DNA of 32,000 nucleotides from Cylindrospermopsis raciborskii Cr2010 (GTDB lineage Bacteria > Cyanobacteriota > Cyanobacteriia > Cyanobacteriales > Nostocaceae): assembly GCF_003367075.2 (NCBI RefSeq), contig NZ_CP065936.1, positions 2,010,001-2,042,000 on the forward strand. The letters are read 5' to 3'. The position numbers and the translations under genes are program-made. Below the pieces are notes generated by a model. It did no database searches and was not told the DNA's origin. It saw only the letters and a program-made list of their open reading frames with translations. Each line of letters begins with the position of its first letter. Positions within the stretch are counted from its first letter, which is position 1. Shown in pieces: positions 17,912 through 29,858 of this stretch.

Positions 17912-18698
17912 TCACTAAACTACTTGTCAATTTTAAACGATTAAACATAGACTCTCTCCCTTGTAGTGCTAAAGTATCATCTAAAGGTGAGAGTTCAAAT
18001 TCTTGTTGATACTTGAGCTTTAATGCTGTGACAATTAACCAGTCTGCAACAAAGGGATTTTTGGGTAGTAAAGGGCCATGTGAATAAGTGGCGATCGCAT
18101 TTTGATAAAAAGCACCCTCAGTTCCATCTTCCCCATTATTACCTAGACCATAAACAACACGTCCTAGGGGTTCTACCGTTCCTAACTTAGTTCTACCCCC
18201 ATGGTTTTCAAAACCAACCAAATAGGGTTTAATTCCCGTCATTGCTTGTAGTTCTCGTGCTAAACGGGAAGCAGTCACCTCTATAACCAGATTGCCAATA
18301 CAGCGTTTAGAGGTTTCTCCTGGGTGAACAGAAACTAAATCCAATATTCCTAAACCTTGTATTCTTTTTCCCAAAGCGGGTTCATAATAATGTCCTAGTA
18401 GTTGAGGTGAACCACAGGTAAAAACCCCCGGTGTACCTTGCTCTATTTTATCCTTAATTGCTTCAGCTTTTGCTCCTTGTAAATCACGCATAACAATTTC
18501 TTGCTGACGGTCTTGGGCACCTCCCCCCACAATAACATCCACAGATTTTATGTCCTGGGGGGTGGAATTTTGGTCTAACGGTAATACTGTGACGTCGTAT
18601 CCGCGCCATTGAGATCGACGTTGGAGAGTGATAACATTACCTCTATCTCCATAAGTGCTCATCAGTTTTGGATATAACCAACCAATAATAATTTCCAT
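17901..18698 (-). CDS. gatD: glutamine amidotransferase, GatD type (CobB/CobQ-like GATase; partner of MurT)
   Basis: 265 aa with a GATase-1-like core (GGGAQDRQQ, FTCGSPQLLG with a nucleophile Cys, FENHGGRT). It lies 43 nt downstream of the murT-like gene, the same order as in the characterised MurT-GatD operon. Confidence 0.7.
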   Translation of the reverse strand: MEIIIGWLYPKLMSTYGDRGNVITLQRRSQWRGYDVTVLPLDQNSTPQDIKSVDVIVGGGAQDRQQEIVMRDLQGAKAEAIKDKIEQGTPGVFTCGSPQLLGHYYEPALGKRIQGLGILDLVSVHPGETSKRCIGNLVIEVTASRLARELQAMTGIKPYLVGFENHGGRTKLGTVEPLGRVVYGLGNNGEDGTEGAFYQNAIATYSHGPLLPKNPFVADWLIVTALKLKYQQEFELSPLDDTLALQGRESMFNRLKLTSSLVINE

Positions 18699-18741
18699 TT
18701 TTTTAGTTGTTTTTAAAAAATGCTAGAAAGAAGATAAAACA

Positions 18742-20100
18742 TCAGAGAATTTTTCTCCCCGTTAAAATTCCTCGTACTTCCAGCATAGCTGAATAGGTAG
18801 GAAGAATATGCAAAGTCTCATGATGAGGAGTATTTTCCAGAGCAATCTTGATAGCTTGCTGCAAATCCTCCTCAACGATTAAACGGATCTTACTATCCAA
18901 AGAACTTTGGCTATAACGTAACCTTAAAGCCATATCATAGAGACGATCTCCGCTAACAATTAGTGTTCCACCTCGTTCCACCAATTTTTCCGTATCAACA
19001 TCCCAAATCCAGGAAACATCAGTACCATCAGGGATCCGATCATTTAAAACCAATAAAGTAGTTTTATCTTGACTTTGGGTGACCACCCTAATAGTTTCAT
19101 TAGTTCCCACGGGATTTTTAGATAACAAAATCCGCACCTTTTTGCCACTGACCAATAAATCTTCAGCTCGACCAAAAGCAGCTTGGAAATTGTCAATACT
19201 GTTTTTAATCGTTGGTTCGTCAATACCTAATTCTTGAGCAGCAGTGACAGCAGCTAGGGTGTTATATTTGTTGTATAATCCTACGAGAATCTGTGACCAT
19301 TCACCACTCAATAACAAAGGTTGACTTTTGTTAAATCCACAACTGGGACAGGTGAAATCTCCCAGGTGGGATAAATAAACCCCTTGATAATCCAAAGGAT
19401 CTCCACAACGGGGACAGTAAATAGAATCCACTGCATGGGGAATGGAATCTAAATAATTTTCCGGTTCACTTAAACCAAAAAATAACACTCTCTGATGTAA
19501 CTGCTGACCTAAATAGGATAAAGTAGGGTCATCAGCATTGGCAATAACTACAGTCTCCCTGGGTAACGTGGAAATTGCCCTTGTCCATTTTTTGCTAATG
19601 GTATCAACCTCCCCATATCTGTCTAGTTGATCTCTAAACAAATTTAAACAAATAATCAAATTTGGTTGTAAAGGTTGTAATACTTTAGGAACAATATTTT
19701 CATCAACCTCTAAAATTGCATAGTCAACATTCAAATAACCCATTAAGTTAGTGTTTTCTATTAAAGCAGTTGCTAAACCATTTTCCAGGTTCGCACCAGT
19801 GGAATTATGGGCAATTTTAAACCCTTTGTTTTCCAAAATAGTACACAACAACAAAGCAGTCGTGGTTTTGCCATTGGTTCCTGCAATTAAAATTACACCT
19901 TTTTTTACCTGCTGACTCAAAAACTGTAAAAGTTTAGGCTCGATGCGTCGTGCAATAGCACCTGGCAACACACTAGCAGCTCCAAAACCCAGGGAACGCA
20001 CTAAAAAGGTGATAGTTTTAGCGATAGATACTGCCAAGTATAGTTTAATTCTGTTTATAATTGGTATAAACTTTGATTTCTTTTTCACGGGCGCTCCCAA
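18742..20100 (-). CDS. murT: MurT-like Mur ligase family protein (lipid II isoglutaminyl synthase ligase subunit)
   Basis: 452 aa with the Mur ligase P-loop (GTNGKTTT), a Cys4 ribbon (CPRCG...CPSCG) and a DUF1727-like C-terminus. Start is TTG 20100 or GTG 20088. Confidence 0.75.
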   Translation of the reverse strand: MGAPVKKKSKFIPIINRIKLYLAVSIAKTITFLVRSLGFGAASVLPGAIARRIEPKLLQFLSQQVKKGVILIAGTNGKTTTALLLCTILENKGFKIAHNSTGANLENGLATALIENTNLMGYLNVDYAILEVDENIVPKVLQPLQPNLIICLNLFRDQLDRYGEVDTISKKWTRAISTLPRETVVIANADDPTLSYLGQQLHQRVLFFGLSEPENYLDSIPHAVDSIYCPRCGDPLDYQGVYLSHLGDFTCPSCGFNKSQPLLLSGEWSQILVGLYNKYNTLAAVTAAQELGIDEPTIKNSIDNFQAAFGRAEDLLVSGKKVRILLSKNPVGTNETIRVVTQSQDKTTLLVLNDRIPDGTDVSWIWDVDTEKLVERGGTLIVSGDRLYDMALRLRYSQSSLDSKIRLIVEEDLQQAIKIALENTPHHETLHILPTYSAMLEVRGILTGRKIL

Positions 20101-20267
20101 GAAATTTCCTGATTGTTAAAAACAATCCCCCTAGTCTAACTAATGTTTACCAAAACCGCTAGGTTCATAGTGCCAAACACCAAAAAATTCCTCAAAAATA
20201 TCCCCCAGTTGTCACTATAGGTGTAACTATTATATGTAGACAAACGTGTTAAATAAGGTTTTTGTTA

Positions 20268-20870
20268 ATGAATAAGATAGAGTTTCCTTTTTTACTAGTA
20301 TCCCTAACTGGCAAATGTCAGAGATTTTGTTTAAAGTTCCTATTATTGGTAGTTTGCCTGTTGATTGTTACCACAGGTATAAATATAGATACTGCACTGG
20401 CAGGTAGTAAAGATGACAGATATGAGGGTAATATTTTTGTGGTTTTTGCGGGAAATGGTTCCTTGGTCCCCCCCAAACAAACCCTAGAACAGAGTTTAGC
20501 AGAACACAAACCCATCCTACTAACGTTTTATATTGATGACAGTAGGGATTGTAAACAGTATGCGGTATTTATTTCCCAGACTCAAGCGTTATATGGTAGA
20601 GAGGTGAGGATTATTCCAGTGAGTGTGGATGCTATTCCGCCCAAAAAAGTCTATAATGCTAATGAACCAGGATACTATTATTCTGGTAGTGTACCTCAAA
20701 TAGTGGTTTTTGATCAGTCAGGTAAAGTTGTTCTCAATAAAAATGGACAAGTACCCTTTGAAGAGATAGATGATAAGTTCCGACAAGTATTTAATTTAGT
20801 CCCCCGGGATCAATCCATCAAGTACCAACAACGTTCATTTAATGAGTATAGCAGTGAGTTAAGTCCTTAA
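20268..20870 (+). CDS. thioredoxin-like-fold membrane-anchored protein, possibly the thylakoid membrane photosystem I accumulation factor family
   Basis: N-terminal TM helix followed by DDRYEGNIFVVFAGNGSLVPPKQTLEQSL..KPILLTFYIDDSRDCKQY. The family name is recalled from annotation of similar cyanobacterial proteins and is not verified. Confidence 0.5.
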   Translation: MNKIEFPFLLVSLTGKCQRFCLKFLLLVVCLLIVTTGINIDTALAGSKDDRYEGNIFVVFAGNGSLVPPKQTLEQSLAEHKPILLTFYIDDSRDCKQYAVFISQTQALYGREVRIIPVSVDAIPPKKVYNANEPGYYYSGSVPQIVVFDQSGKVVLNKNGQVPFEEIDDKFRQVFNLVPRDQSIKYQQRSFNEYSSELSP

Positions 20871-20899
20871 AATCACCGAATCCCACCACTAAGCTCCAT

Positions 20900-20932
20900 G
20901 GGTGATCTCTGATCACCCCAGTCTAATTTTTT
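20900..20932 (+). terminator. intrinsic terminator
   Basis: GGGTGATC-tct-GATCACCC stem, with a TTTTTT run 8 nt downstream. Confidence 0.55.
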
Positions 20933-21022
20933 GTTGGTTGTGATACCGCATTTTGCTAATTACTAAAACATAATAATTAAGTCATCCACAAATAACAAAT
21001 AACTAATACCCAATGATTACCA

Positions 21023-21631
21023 ATGAACAAAGTCTATTCAACCTGGGAACTGATTCAGATCTTATCAGCAGAGCGCCAAGCTTGCTTAAAAGGGGAACGT
21101 TTAAAATTAGATGTGAAAGTTTCAGGTAATCCTATCATTGACCAGTTCATTCCCACTGAGGGATTACAAAAATTCACAGCTTACCAAGATTTTAAATATT
21201 CCATTCATCAATATCAAAGAGAACATCAGGTTTCTGGTATTGTGTGGAAAGACTTGACCATTAATGCTCAAACTTTACATTATCCAGAGGTTCATGGACA
21301 GTTAATAGCCTTAGATACTGATTTACAAATATTGAAAGGAGCAAAAAAGTCTATGCTGACATATTGGGAGCAAGTAACAGCCAATATGGATTTATATTTG
21401 AGTATGAGCAATGGTAGAGAACATGAAAAAATCCATAACTTGGATGTGGAAAGAATTGCCCAAAGAACAGAATGGGTGAGTTTTTTAAAATGGGAAAATG
21501 GCAGTTTCTTAGAGTTAATTTTACAGATGGGTTGGGGTAGACCAGAGGAAGCAGCTTATAAGCGAGGAAGACCTCATTCCGGTAGCGAGTTTATTCATGC
21601 GGTCAAACCTGGTAATTATCCCATTGGTTAG
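21023..21631 (+). CDS. hypothetical protein
   Basis: 202-aa ORF with an ATG start and coding-like composition. No family recognised. Confidence 0.5.
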   Translation: MNKVYSTWELIQILSAERQACLKGERLKLDVKVSGNPIIDQFIPTEGLQKFTAYQDFKYSIHQYQREHQVSGIVWKDLTINAQTLHYPEVHGQLIALDTDLQILKGAKKSMLTYWEQVTANMDLYLSMSNGREHEKIHNLDVERIAQRTEWVSFLKWENGSFLELILQMGWGRPEEAAYKRGRPHSGSEFIHAVKPGNYPIG

Positions 21632-21647
21632 AAAGCAAAATAAGACT

Positions 21648-24646
<2,999 letters not shown>

Positions 24647-24677
24647 TTAGTAGGGTAATAATGTAAGTCCATTATTA

Positions 24678-25052
24678 TTATAAGCAATTTAAGGACTGCT
24701 GGGTAAGAACAAGTTTGTCAGCGTCGACCTTCTTCAGAGATGGCTGCAATTTTTCCGCCAGCACTGTAACATAAGGTTCATTTAGTAGGGAAAGATGAGA
24801 ACCAGGAATGTGATAAACATCTAATTCTCCTGTAACTATATCGCCCCAACCAAATTGATGATCATATTTAGTACCTACATGATTACCCCGATGTTCATCC
24901 TCAGTTCTGAATAAAGTTACTTTACCTGAATAACTAGGAAATTGATAGTGCTGCAAAGCTTGGGTATTAGCATCAATAGTTGTTATATATTTGTCTATAT
25001 CTTTTGCAGTTGAGAACTTCTTCTCAAATTGAATTGCGGTTCTTGCGTCTGT
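24678..25052 (-). pseudogene. relic of the C-terminal half of an NRPS/PKS-type thioesterase (alpha/beta hydrolase) domain
   Basis: The open frame of 124 codons has no ATG. The translation ..ALQHYQFPSYSGKVTLFRTEDEH......FGWGDIVTGELDVYHIPGSHLSLLNEPYVTVLAEKL fits the C-terminal TE-domain pattern (Y.P..Y.G.I.LF...GW...L.V..VPG.H..ML.EP.V..LA..L). The N-terminal half with the GxSxG nucleophile is absent. Confidence 0.55.
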
Positions 25053-25069
25053 TTAATGGTATTAGATTA

Positions 25070-26053
25070 ATGGGATTAGATTATAAACTACCGATGCCAA
25101 CACCAATTATCATTGCCCATCGAGGCGCCAGCGGTTATAGACCAGAACATACATTAGCAGCATATCAACTAGCAATTGATATGGGAGCTGATTATATTGA
25201 ACCAGACTTAGTGATCAGTCAGGATGGAGTATTAATTGCTCGTCATGAGAATGAAATATCCATGACCACAGATGTGGAGAATCACCCTGAATTTGCCCAT
25301 TTGCAGACTACAAAAATGATTGACGGGGAAATAAGAACCGGTTGGTTTACAGAAGACTTCACCCTAAAACAATTAAAGACCTTAACTGTAAAAGAAAGAA
25401 TTGGGCAAATCCGTCCACAAAACACCGTATATGATGGACTAGAGACCATTCCTACCCTAGAAGAAATAATTGATTTAGCTGAAAACCAGAGTTCACAGAA
25501 GGGATATGCAATTGGTATTTATCCAGAAACTAAACATCCCAGTTATTTTCAATCAATAGGTTTACCATTGGAACCAGCTTTGTTAAGATCCTTAACCAAT
25601 ACCCAGTTACCCATATTTATCCAATCCTTTGAAGTGGGTAATTTAGAAAACTTAAACAAAAACACGGATTTTCCACTGGTACAATTAATTAATGATTCAG
25701 GTCAACCAGATGATTTTCGTATGGATGGTAAATCCTGTACTTATCAGGATATGATTAAACCTGATGGACTAAAAAAAATAGCTCAATATGCACAAGCTAT
25801 AGGGGTGAATAAAAATTTACTAATACCTAGAAATAGTCAAGGTAAATTACTGCCACCCACATCTTTAGTTGAGGATGCTCATCAACAGAACTTGTTGATT
25901 CACGCCTGGACTTTTCGTAATGAGAATTGCTTCCTCCCACTAGATTATCAAAATCACCCCCAGGGAGAATATGAATTGTTTTTTAATTTGGGCGTAGACG
26001 GGGTGTTTACTGATTTTCCAGACACTGCTGTTTATGCGCGGGGAAAGGTATAA
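25070..26053 (+). CDS. glpQ: glycerophosphodiester phosphodiesterase
   Basis: IIAHRGASGYRPEHTLAAYQLAIDMGADYIEPDLV is the GDPD signature. Start moved to ATG 25070 (an alternative is 25094). The track start at 24980 adds a non-homologous leader. Confidence 0.85.
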   Translation: MGLDYKLPMPTPIIIAHRGASGYRPEHTLAAYQLAIDMGADYIEPDLVISQDGVLIARHENEISMTTDVENHPEFAHLQTTKMIDGEIRTGWFTEDFTLKQLKTLTVKERIGQIRPQNTVYDGLETIPTLEEIIDLAENQSSQKGYAIGIYPETKHPSYFQSIGLPLEPALLRSLTNTQLPIFIQSFEVGNLENLNKNTDFPLVQLINDSGQPDDFRMDGKSCTYQDMIKPDGLKKIAQYAQAIGVNKNLLIPRNSQGKLLPPTSLVEDAHQQNLLIHAWTFRNENCFLPLDYQNHPQGEYELFFNLGVDGVFTDFPDTAVYARGKV

Positions 26054-26077
26054 AAATGTAAAACAACAAGGGTAGTT

Positions 26078-27259
26078 ATGTACAATATACCATTAAACCG
26101 ACTGATTGAATTGGCAAAACTCTTTCTTAAACTAGGTGTGACCGGTTTTGGTGGACCAGTTGCCCATATTGCCATGATAGAGGACGAGGTGGTGAAACGT
26201 CGTCAGTGGTTAACACGAGAACATTTTTTAGATTTATTGGGTGCAACCAATTTAATTCCCGGACCTAATTCTACTGAAATGGTTATTCATATAGGCTATA
26301 TTTATGCTGGATGGCTGGGACTAATTGTTTCCGGGATTAGTTTTATTTTACCTGCTGTCTTAATTACAGGTGTTTTTGCCTTTATTTACGTTAGTTATGG
26401 TAGTGTACCAGAATTTTCTCCCTTACTTTATGGGATTAAACCAGTAGTTTTAGCAATTATTCTCAATGCTGTTTTCGGGTTAAGTAAAAAAGCTCTAAAA
26501 AATAAACAACTACTGATTATTGCCGTATTAGTTGCCTTGGTAACTTATTTCGGTAAAGTAAATGAAGTCATCACCTTATTGCTGGGTGGAATTTTAGGCA
26601 TGATTTGGTTACATAATATTGCCATCAATAGCAATAAGCAGACAAACCTATTAATTACCGCCCTTACTTTAGGCACAACCCTACCAAAAGTTGCCCTCAC
26701 TCCTACCATTTCGATATGGCAATTAGGATTATTCTTTTTGAAAGTTGGCAGTGTATTATTTGGTGGGGGTTATTTACTAATTGCATTTTTGCAAGGGGAG
26801 CTAGTAGATCAATATCATTGGTTAACACAACAACAATTATTAGACGCTATTGCCATTGGTCAATTTACTCCGGGTCCTATACTTTCAACCGCCACATTTA
26901 TTGGATATATAATTTCTGGATTACCCGGAGCAATTGTAGCAACAGTAGGAATTTTTCTTCCCTCATTTTTATTTGTCGTACTGTTAAACCCAGTTATTCC
27001 CTGGTTACGGAAGTCTCCCTGGACAAGGAGTTTTTTAGATGCAGTAAACGCCAGTGCAGTAGCCCTGATGATAGTAACAACTTTGCAAATAGCAGTCAAA
27101 ACCTTGGGTTTAGAAAGATTTCCACTGCTAGATTTGTTTAGTATATTTATGTTCCTAATTGCTGCTGTTTTGATTATACGTTTTCGGATTAATGCTCAAT
27201 GGTTAGTATTGGGTGGAGGGTTAATTAGTATAGGTCTTGGACTTCTAGGTTATCTCTAA
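26078..27259 (+). CDS. chrA: chromate transporter, ChrA family
   Basis: 393 aa with duplicated CHR domains (GVTGFGGPVAHIAM... and GSVLFGGGYLLIAFL..., and the GQFTPGP/LIPGPNST motifs). Confidence 0.85.
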   Translation: MYNIPLNRLIELAKLFLKLGVTGFGGPVAHIAMIEDEVVKRRQWLTREHFLDLLGATNLIPGPNSTEMVIHIGYIYAGWLGLIVSGISFILPAVLITGVFAFIYVSYGSVPEFSPLLYGIKPVVLAIILNAVFGLSKKALKNKQLLIIAVLVALVTYFGKVNEVITLLLGGILGMIWLHNIAINSNKQTNLLITALTLGTTLPKVALTPTISIWQLGLFFLKVGSVLFGGGYLLIAFLQGELVDQYHWLTQQQLLDAIAIGQFTPGPILSTATFIGYIISGLPGAIVATVGIFLPSFLFVVLLNPVIPWLRKSPWTRSFLDAVNASAVALMIVTTLQIAVKTLGLERFPLLDLFSIFMFLIAAVLIIRFRINAQWLVLGGGLISIGLGLLGYL

Positions 27260-27294
27260 ACATTCTTGGGGATTGTTTTTAAAAATATAGTTTA

Positions 27295-27394
27295 AGTGGG
27301 TGAGTGGAATTAAACACAAGATGAACGTAGGTTGGGTTGAGGAACGAAACCCAACGCCCCCATGGGTTACCCTACCGCTAACCCCCTCCCTACT
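27295..27394. mobile_element. MITE-like element, copy A (100 bp), flanked by TA/TA
   Basis: The ends AGTGGGTGAG... and ...CTCCCTACT form imperfect terminal inverted repeats. The central stem is GTTGGGTT-N9-AACCCAAC. TA dinucleotides lie at 27293-27294 and 27395-27396. It is homologous in inverted orientation to copy B. Confidence 0.7.
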
Positions 27395-27403
27395 TAGATT
27401 CTT

Positions 27404-28819
27404 TCATTGTAAATTTTGCCTTTTCTCCTGTAACTTCAACATAATTTCCGAGTGCATCTCACGGGTGATAGGGTAAAAAAAGTTGACAATTAAACCCATA
27501 ATTAAAAAAAATGTTGGCACTGGTCCGATAATCACCCTAATGGCAAATAACGCCAAATCAGGTTGGGAGGGTAATATATTGGCAGTTCCAGCAGTAACCT
27601 CTTTAAATCCTGAAACTTGTAAAGCATGGCCAACCAGAAATAAACCAAAAGCTAACCCAAACTTTTGGAGTAAAACCATAAAACCATAAAAAACGCCTTC
27701 TCTTCTTTGTCCGGTTTGTAGTTCATCCAAGTCTATAACATCCGGAATCATAGACCAGGGAATGAGATAAGCTGTGGAAACTCCAAAACCTGCCATGATA
27801 GCCATAATATACATTAATAAAATCTGATCAGGGTTGAGAAAAAATAATCCAGCACCAGCAAAAATCCATAGGGTCATCCCCAAGAAATAAACTATTTTCT
27901 TGCCATATCGTTTACTTAAATAACTCCAGACAAATAACATTAACAAAGCTGTTCCTTGCACAGCTATTAAAACTGTAGGAACCTGAGAATTATTCAATTT
28001 CATACAGTAAATAACAAAATAAGGAATCACCGTTGCGGTAATTTGTACACCCAACCAAGAAAAAAGATAAATTGCGATAACAAATAAAAATGGTTTATTA
28101 GTAAAAGCAATTCTAATTTGGTCAATAAAGGGAATTTCCACTGGTTGTTCTATCTGAATACGTTTAGCTTCAAAAGCTAAAATCCGCTCCCTTGTTCCAT
28201 AAATACACCAATATAAAGATATAACTGCAAGCACAGTACATAAAGCTGCCAAAACCAAATACTGTGCTTGGGGACTTTTCACCAGAGAAAAGACCACCTG
28301 GGCAAAAATTAAGGATAAAATACTACCACCAATAGAGAAACTAAAGCGAAAACTATTTAAACTAGTTCTTTCATCATAATCCTGAGTTAACTCCGGTGTC
28401 ATAGCAGTGTAGGGCAAATTAACAACGGTAAAAAAAGCCTGAGATAAAATGCCAATAGCTACATAGTACCAAAATAAAGCTAGAGTATTTTGATCAGGGT
28501 CTAAATAAAATTGAGGAATAGTCCATTGGAGAAAGAAGAAAATTCCAAAAGGAATTGCACCATAAAACATCCAGGGTAAACGACGACCCCAATAACGGGA
28601 TTTAGTTTTATCAGTTAGCACTCCCACAATGGGATCGTTAATTGCATCCCACACCTTACCAATCATTAAAATGCTACCCGCCAAACCTGGAGGAATACCA
28701 GCTACATTAGTAAAAAAGACCAGGAGGAAAAATATGGCTATATTAGAGGTTACTGCAGGTCCTAAATCTCCAGCACCATAGGCTAATTTGGTAGCTAGGT
28801 TTAGTTTCTCATTTTTCAT
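27404..28819 (-). CDS. GPH family (glycoside-pentoside-hexuronide:cation symporter, MelB-like) MFS transporter
   Basis: 471 aa. KLAYGAGDLGPAVTSN...MIGKVWDAINDPIVGVLTDKTKSRYWGRRLPWM is the characteristic GPH N-terminal signature. Confidence 0.8.
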   Translation of the reverse strand: MKNEKLNLATKLAYGAGDLGPAVTSNIAIFFLLVFFTNVAGIPPGLAGSILMIGKVWDAINDPIVGVLTDKTKSRYWGRRLPWMFYGAIPFGIFFFLQWTIPQFYLDPDQNTLALFWYYVAIGILSQAFFTVVNLPYTAMTPELTQDYDERTSLNSFRFSFSIGGSILSLIFAQVVFSLVKSPQAQYLVLAALCTVLAVISLYWCIYGTRERILAFEAKRIQIEQPVEIPFIDQIRIAFTNKPFLFVIAIYLFSWLGVQITATVIPYFVIYCMKLNNSQVPTVLIAVQGTALLMLFVWSYLSKRYGKKIVYFLGMTLWIFAGAGLFFLNPDQILLMYIMAIMAGFGVSTAYLIPWSMIPDVIDLDELQTGQRREGVFYGFMVLLQKFGLAFGLFLVGHALQVSGFKEVTAGTANILPSQPDLALFAIRVIIGPVPTFFLIMGLIVNFFYPITREMHSEIMLKLQEKRQNLQ

Positions 28820-28938
28820 TTTTTTAACTACTTTTCTATATCTTAATGTTTACTAGATGGATTATCACCACAAAATGGAACAATTTGCTGTTAAGATTTA
28901 TTTAGTATTAGCACTATGTATTGCATCACTTTTAAGTA

Positions 28939-29056
28939 AGTAGGGAGGCACAATTATTTTTAGGATGGGTTGGCGATGGTGTAACCGATGGGGGTGTTGG
29001 GTTTCATACTTCAAACCAACCTACGTTCATCTTATATTTAATTCCACCCACCTACT
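28939..29056. mobile_element. MITE-like element, copy B (118 bp), flanked by TA/TA
   Basis: The ends are AGTAGGGAGG... and ...CCACCCACCTACT. An approximately 80-bp core (GTAACCGATGGGGGTGTTGGGTTTCATACTTCAAACCAACCTACGTTCATCTTATATTTAATTCCACCCACCTACT) aligns with the reverse complement of copy A. TA lies at 28937-28938 and 29057-29058. Confidence 0.7.
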
Positions 29057-29180
29057 TAAAGTCAACTGCGATCATTTTGTAGAAGTTCTGGTCAAGGTTA
29101 CCAAAATTTAGTAAAATCATTTTGTAAGTCAGCAAAACCAAGAGTAGCTTTCTACAGTACTAGTTTATGGGAGACCGACA

Positions 29181-29612
29181 ATGGAAGAACTGCTAGAACT
29201 CAAAACATTGTTAACTCAAGGAAAGGTTCTTGATGCTCTGGTCTTGGTGGAGGAAATGACCGAGATGAGTAAAGATGACAAGATCAATAAAATTTACAGT
29301 TTTGCAGTTATTCTCATACTACATCTAATTAAACAGCAAGTAGAGCAACGGACGACTCGTTCCTGGGATATTTCTATTTCTAATGCAGTTCGTCAAATTA
29401 ATCGCACTAATAAGCGACGAAAGGTAAACGGCTACTATTTAAGTAATTCTGAATTAAAAGCAGCTCTTGCAGATGCTTATTATTCCGCACTAGATGGTGC
29501 TTCTTTAGAAGCTTTTGAAGGTCGTTATTCTAGTGAGGAATTAGCTGAGAGAATTGATTATAGTCGTCTAATGAAAGATGCTTGGGATTTGATATCAACG
29601 CAACAAAATTAG
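29181..29612 (+). CDS. hypothetical helical protein, DUF29-like
   Basis: 143 aa. EEMTEMSKDDK...LILHLIKQQVEQRTTRSWDISISNAVRQI resembles the DUF29 core (EE.E.M....L..LL.HLLKW..QP..RS.SW..TI). It lacks the usual N-terminal segment. Low-confidence family call. Confidence 0.45.
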   Translation: MEELLELKTLLTQGKVLDALVLVEEMTEMSKDDKINKIYSFAVILILHLIKQQVEQRTTRSWDISISNAVRQINRTNKRRKVNGYYLSNSELKAALADAYYSALDGASLEAFEGRYSSEELAERIDYSRLMKDAWDLISTQQN

Positions 29613-29718
29613 TTGGACGAGAAGCCCAACCCTTTCTAATAGATATTATGACTAACCTTTAATTTCGTAGCGAGTGCTTCGCGATCGCATAGTTTGTGGC
29701 ACACAAAACCATTCTCAA

Positions 29719-29744
29719 GAACCAGGGAATTAATTCCCTGGTTC
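29719..29744. terminator. 26-bp perfect palindrome GAACCAGGGAATTAATTCCCTGGTTC between convergent genes
   Basis: Read directly. On the minus strand it is followed by TTGAGAATGGTTTTGTG, so it could terminate the cadherin-like gene. Confidence 0.45.
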
Positions 29745-29858
29745 AAAGCTGAAGTCGGATGAAAAGCGACTGGTTTTATCGTGAAGTATTGCTACCAAGG
29801 TCTAGGTGAGACAATTAATTAGCTCACTTGTAAACTTAGTTCCCCGTGAAACTTAGAC

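Noticed and set aside
24980-25069. N-terminal extension of glpQ in the track ORF (MLYICLYLLQLRTSSQIELRF...)
   Set aside because: The extension is low-complexity, has no GDPD homology and is antisense to the thioesterase relic. The conserved domain starts right after Met at 25070.
29071-29126. 11-bp direct repeat ATCATTTTGTA at 29071-29081 and 29116-29126, upstream of the DUF29-like gene
   Set aside because: It is short and AT-rich with only two copies, so it is plausibly chance or part of an ordinary promoter. It is not enough to call an iteron or operator.
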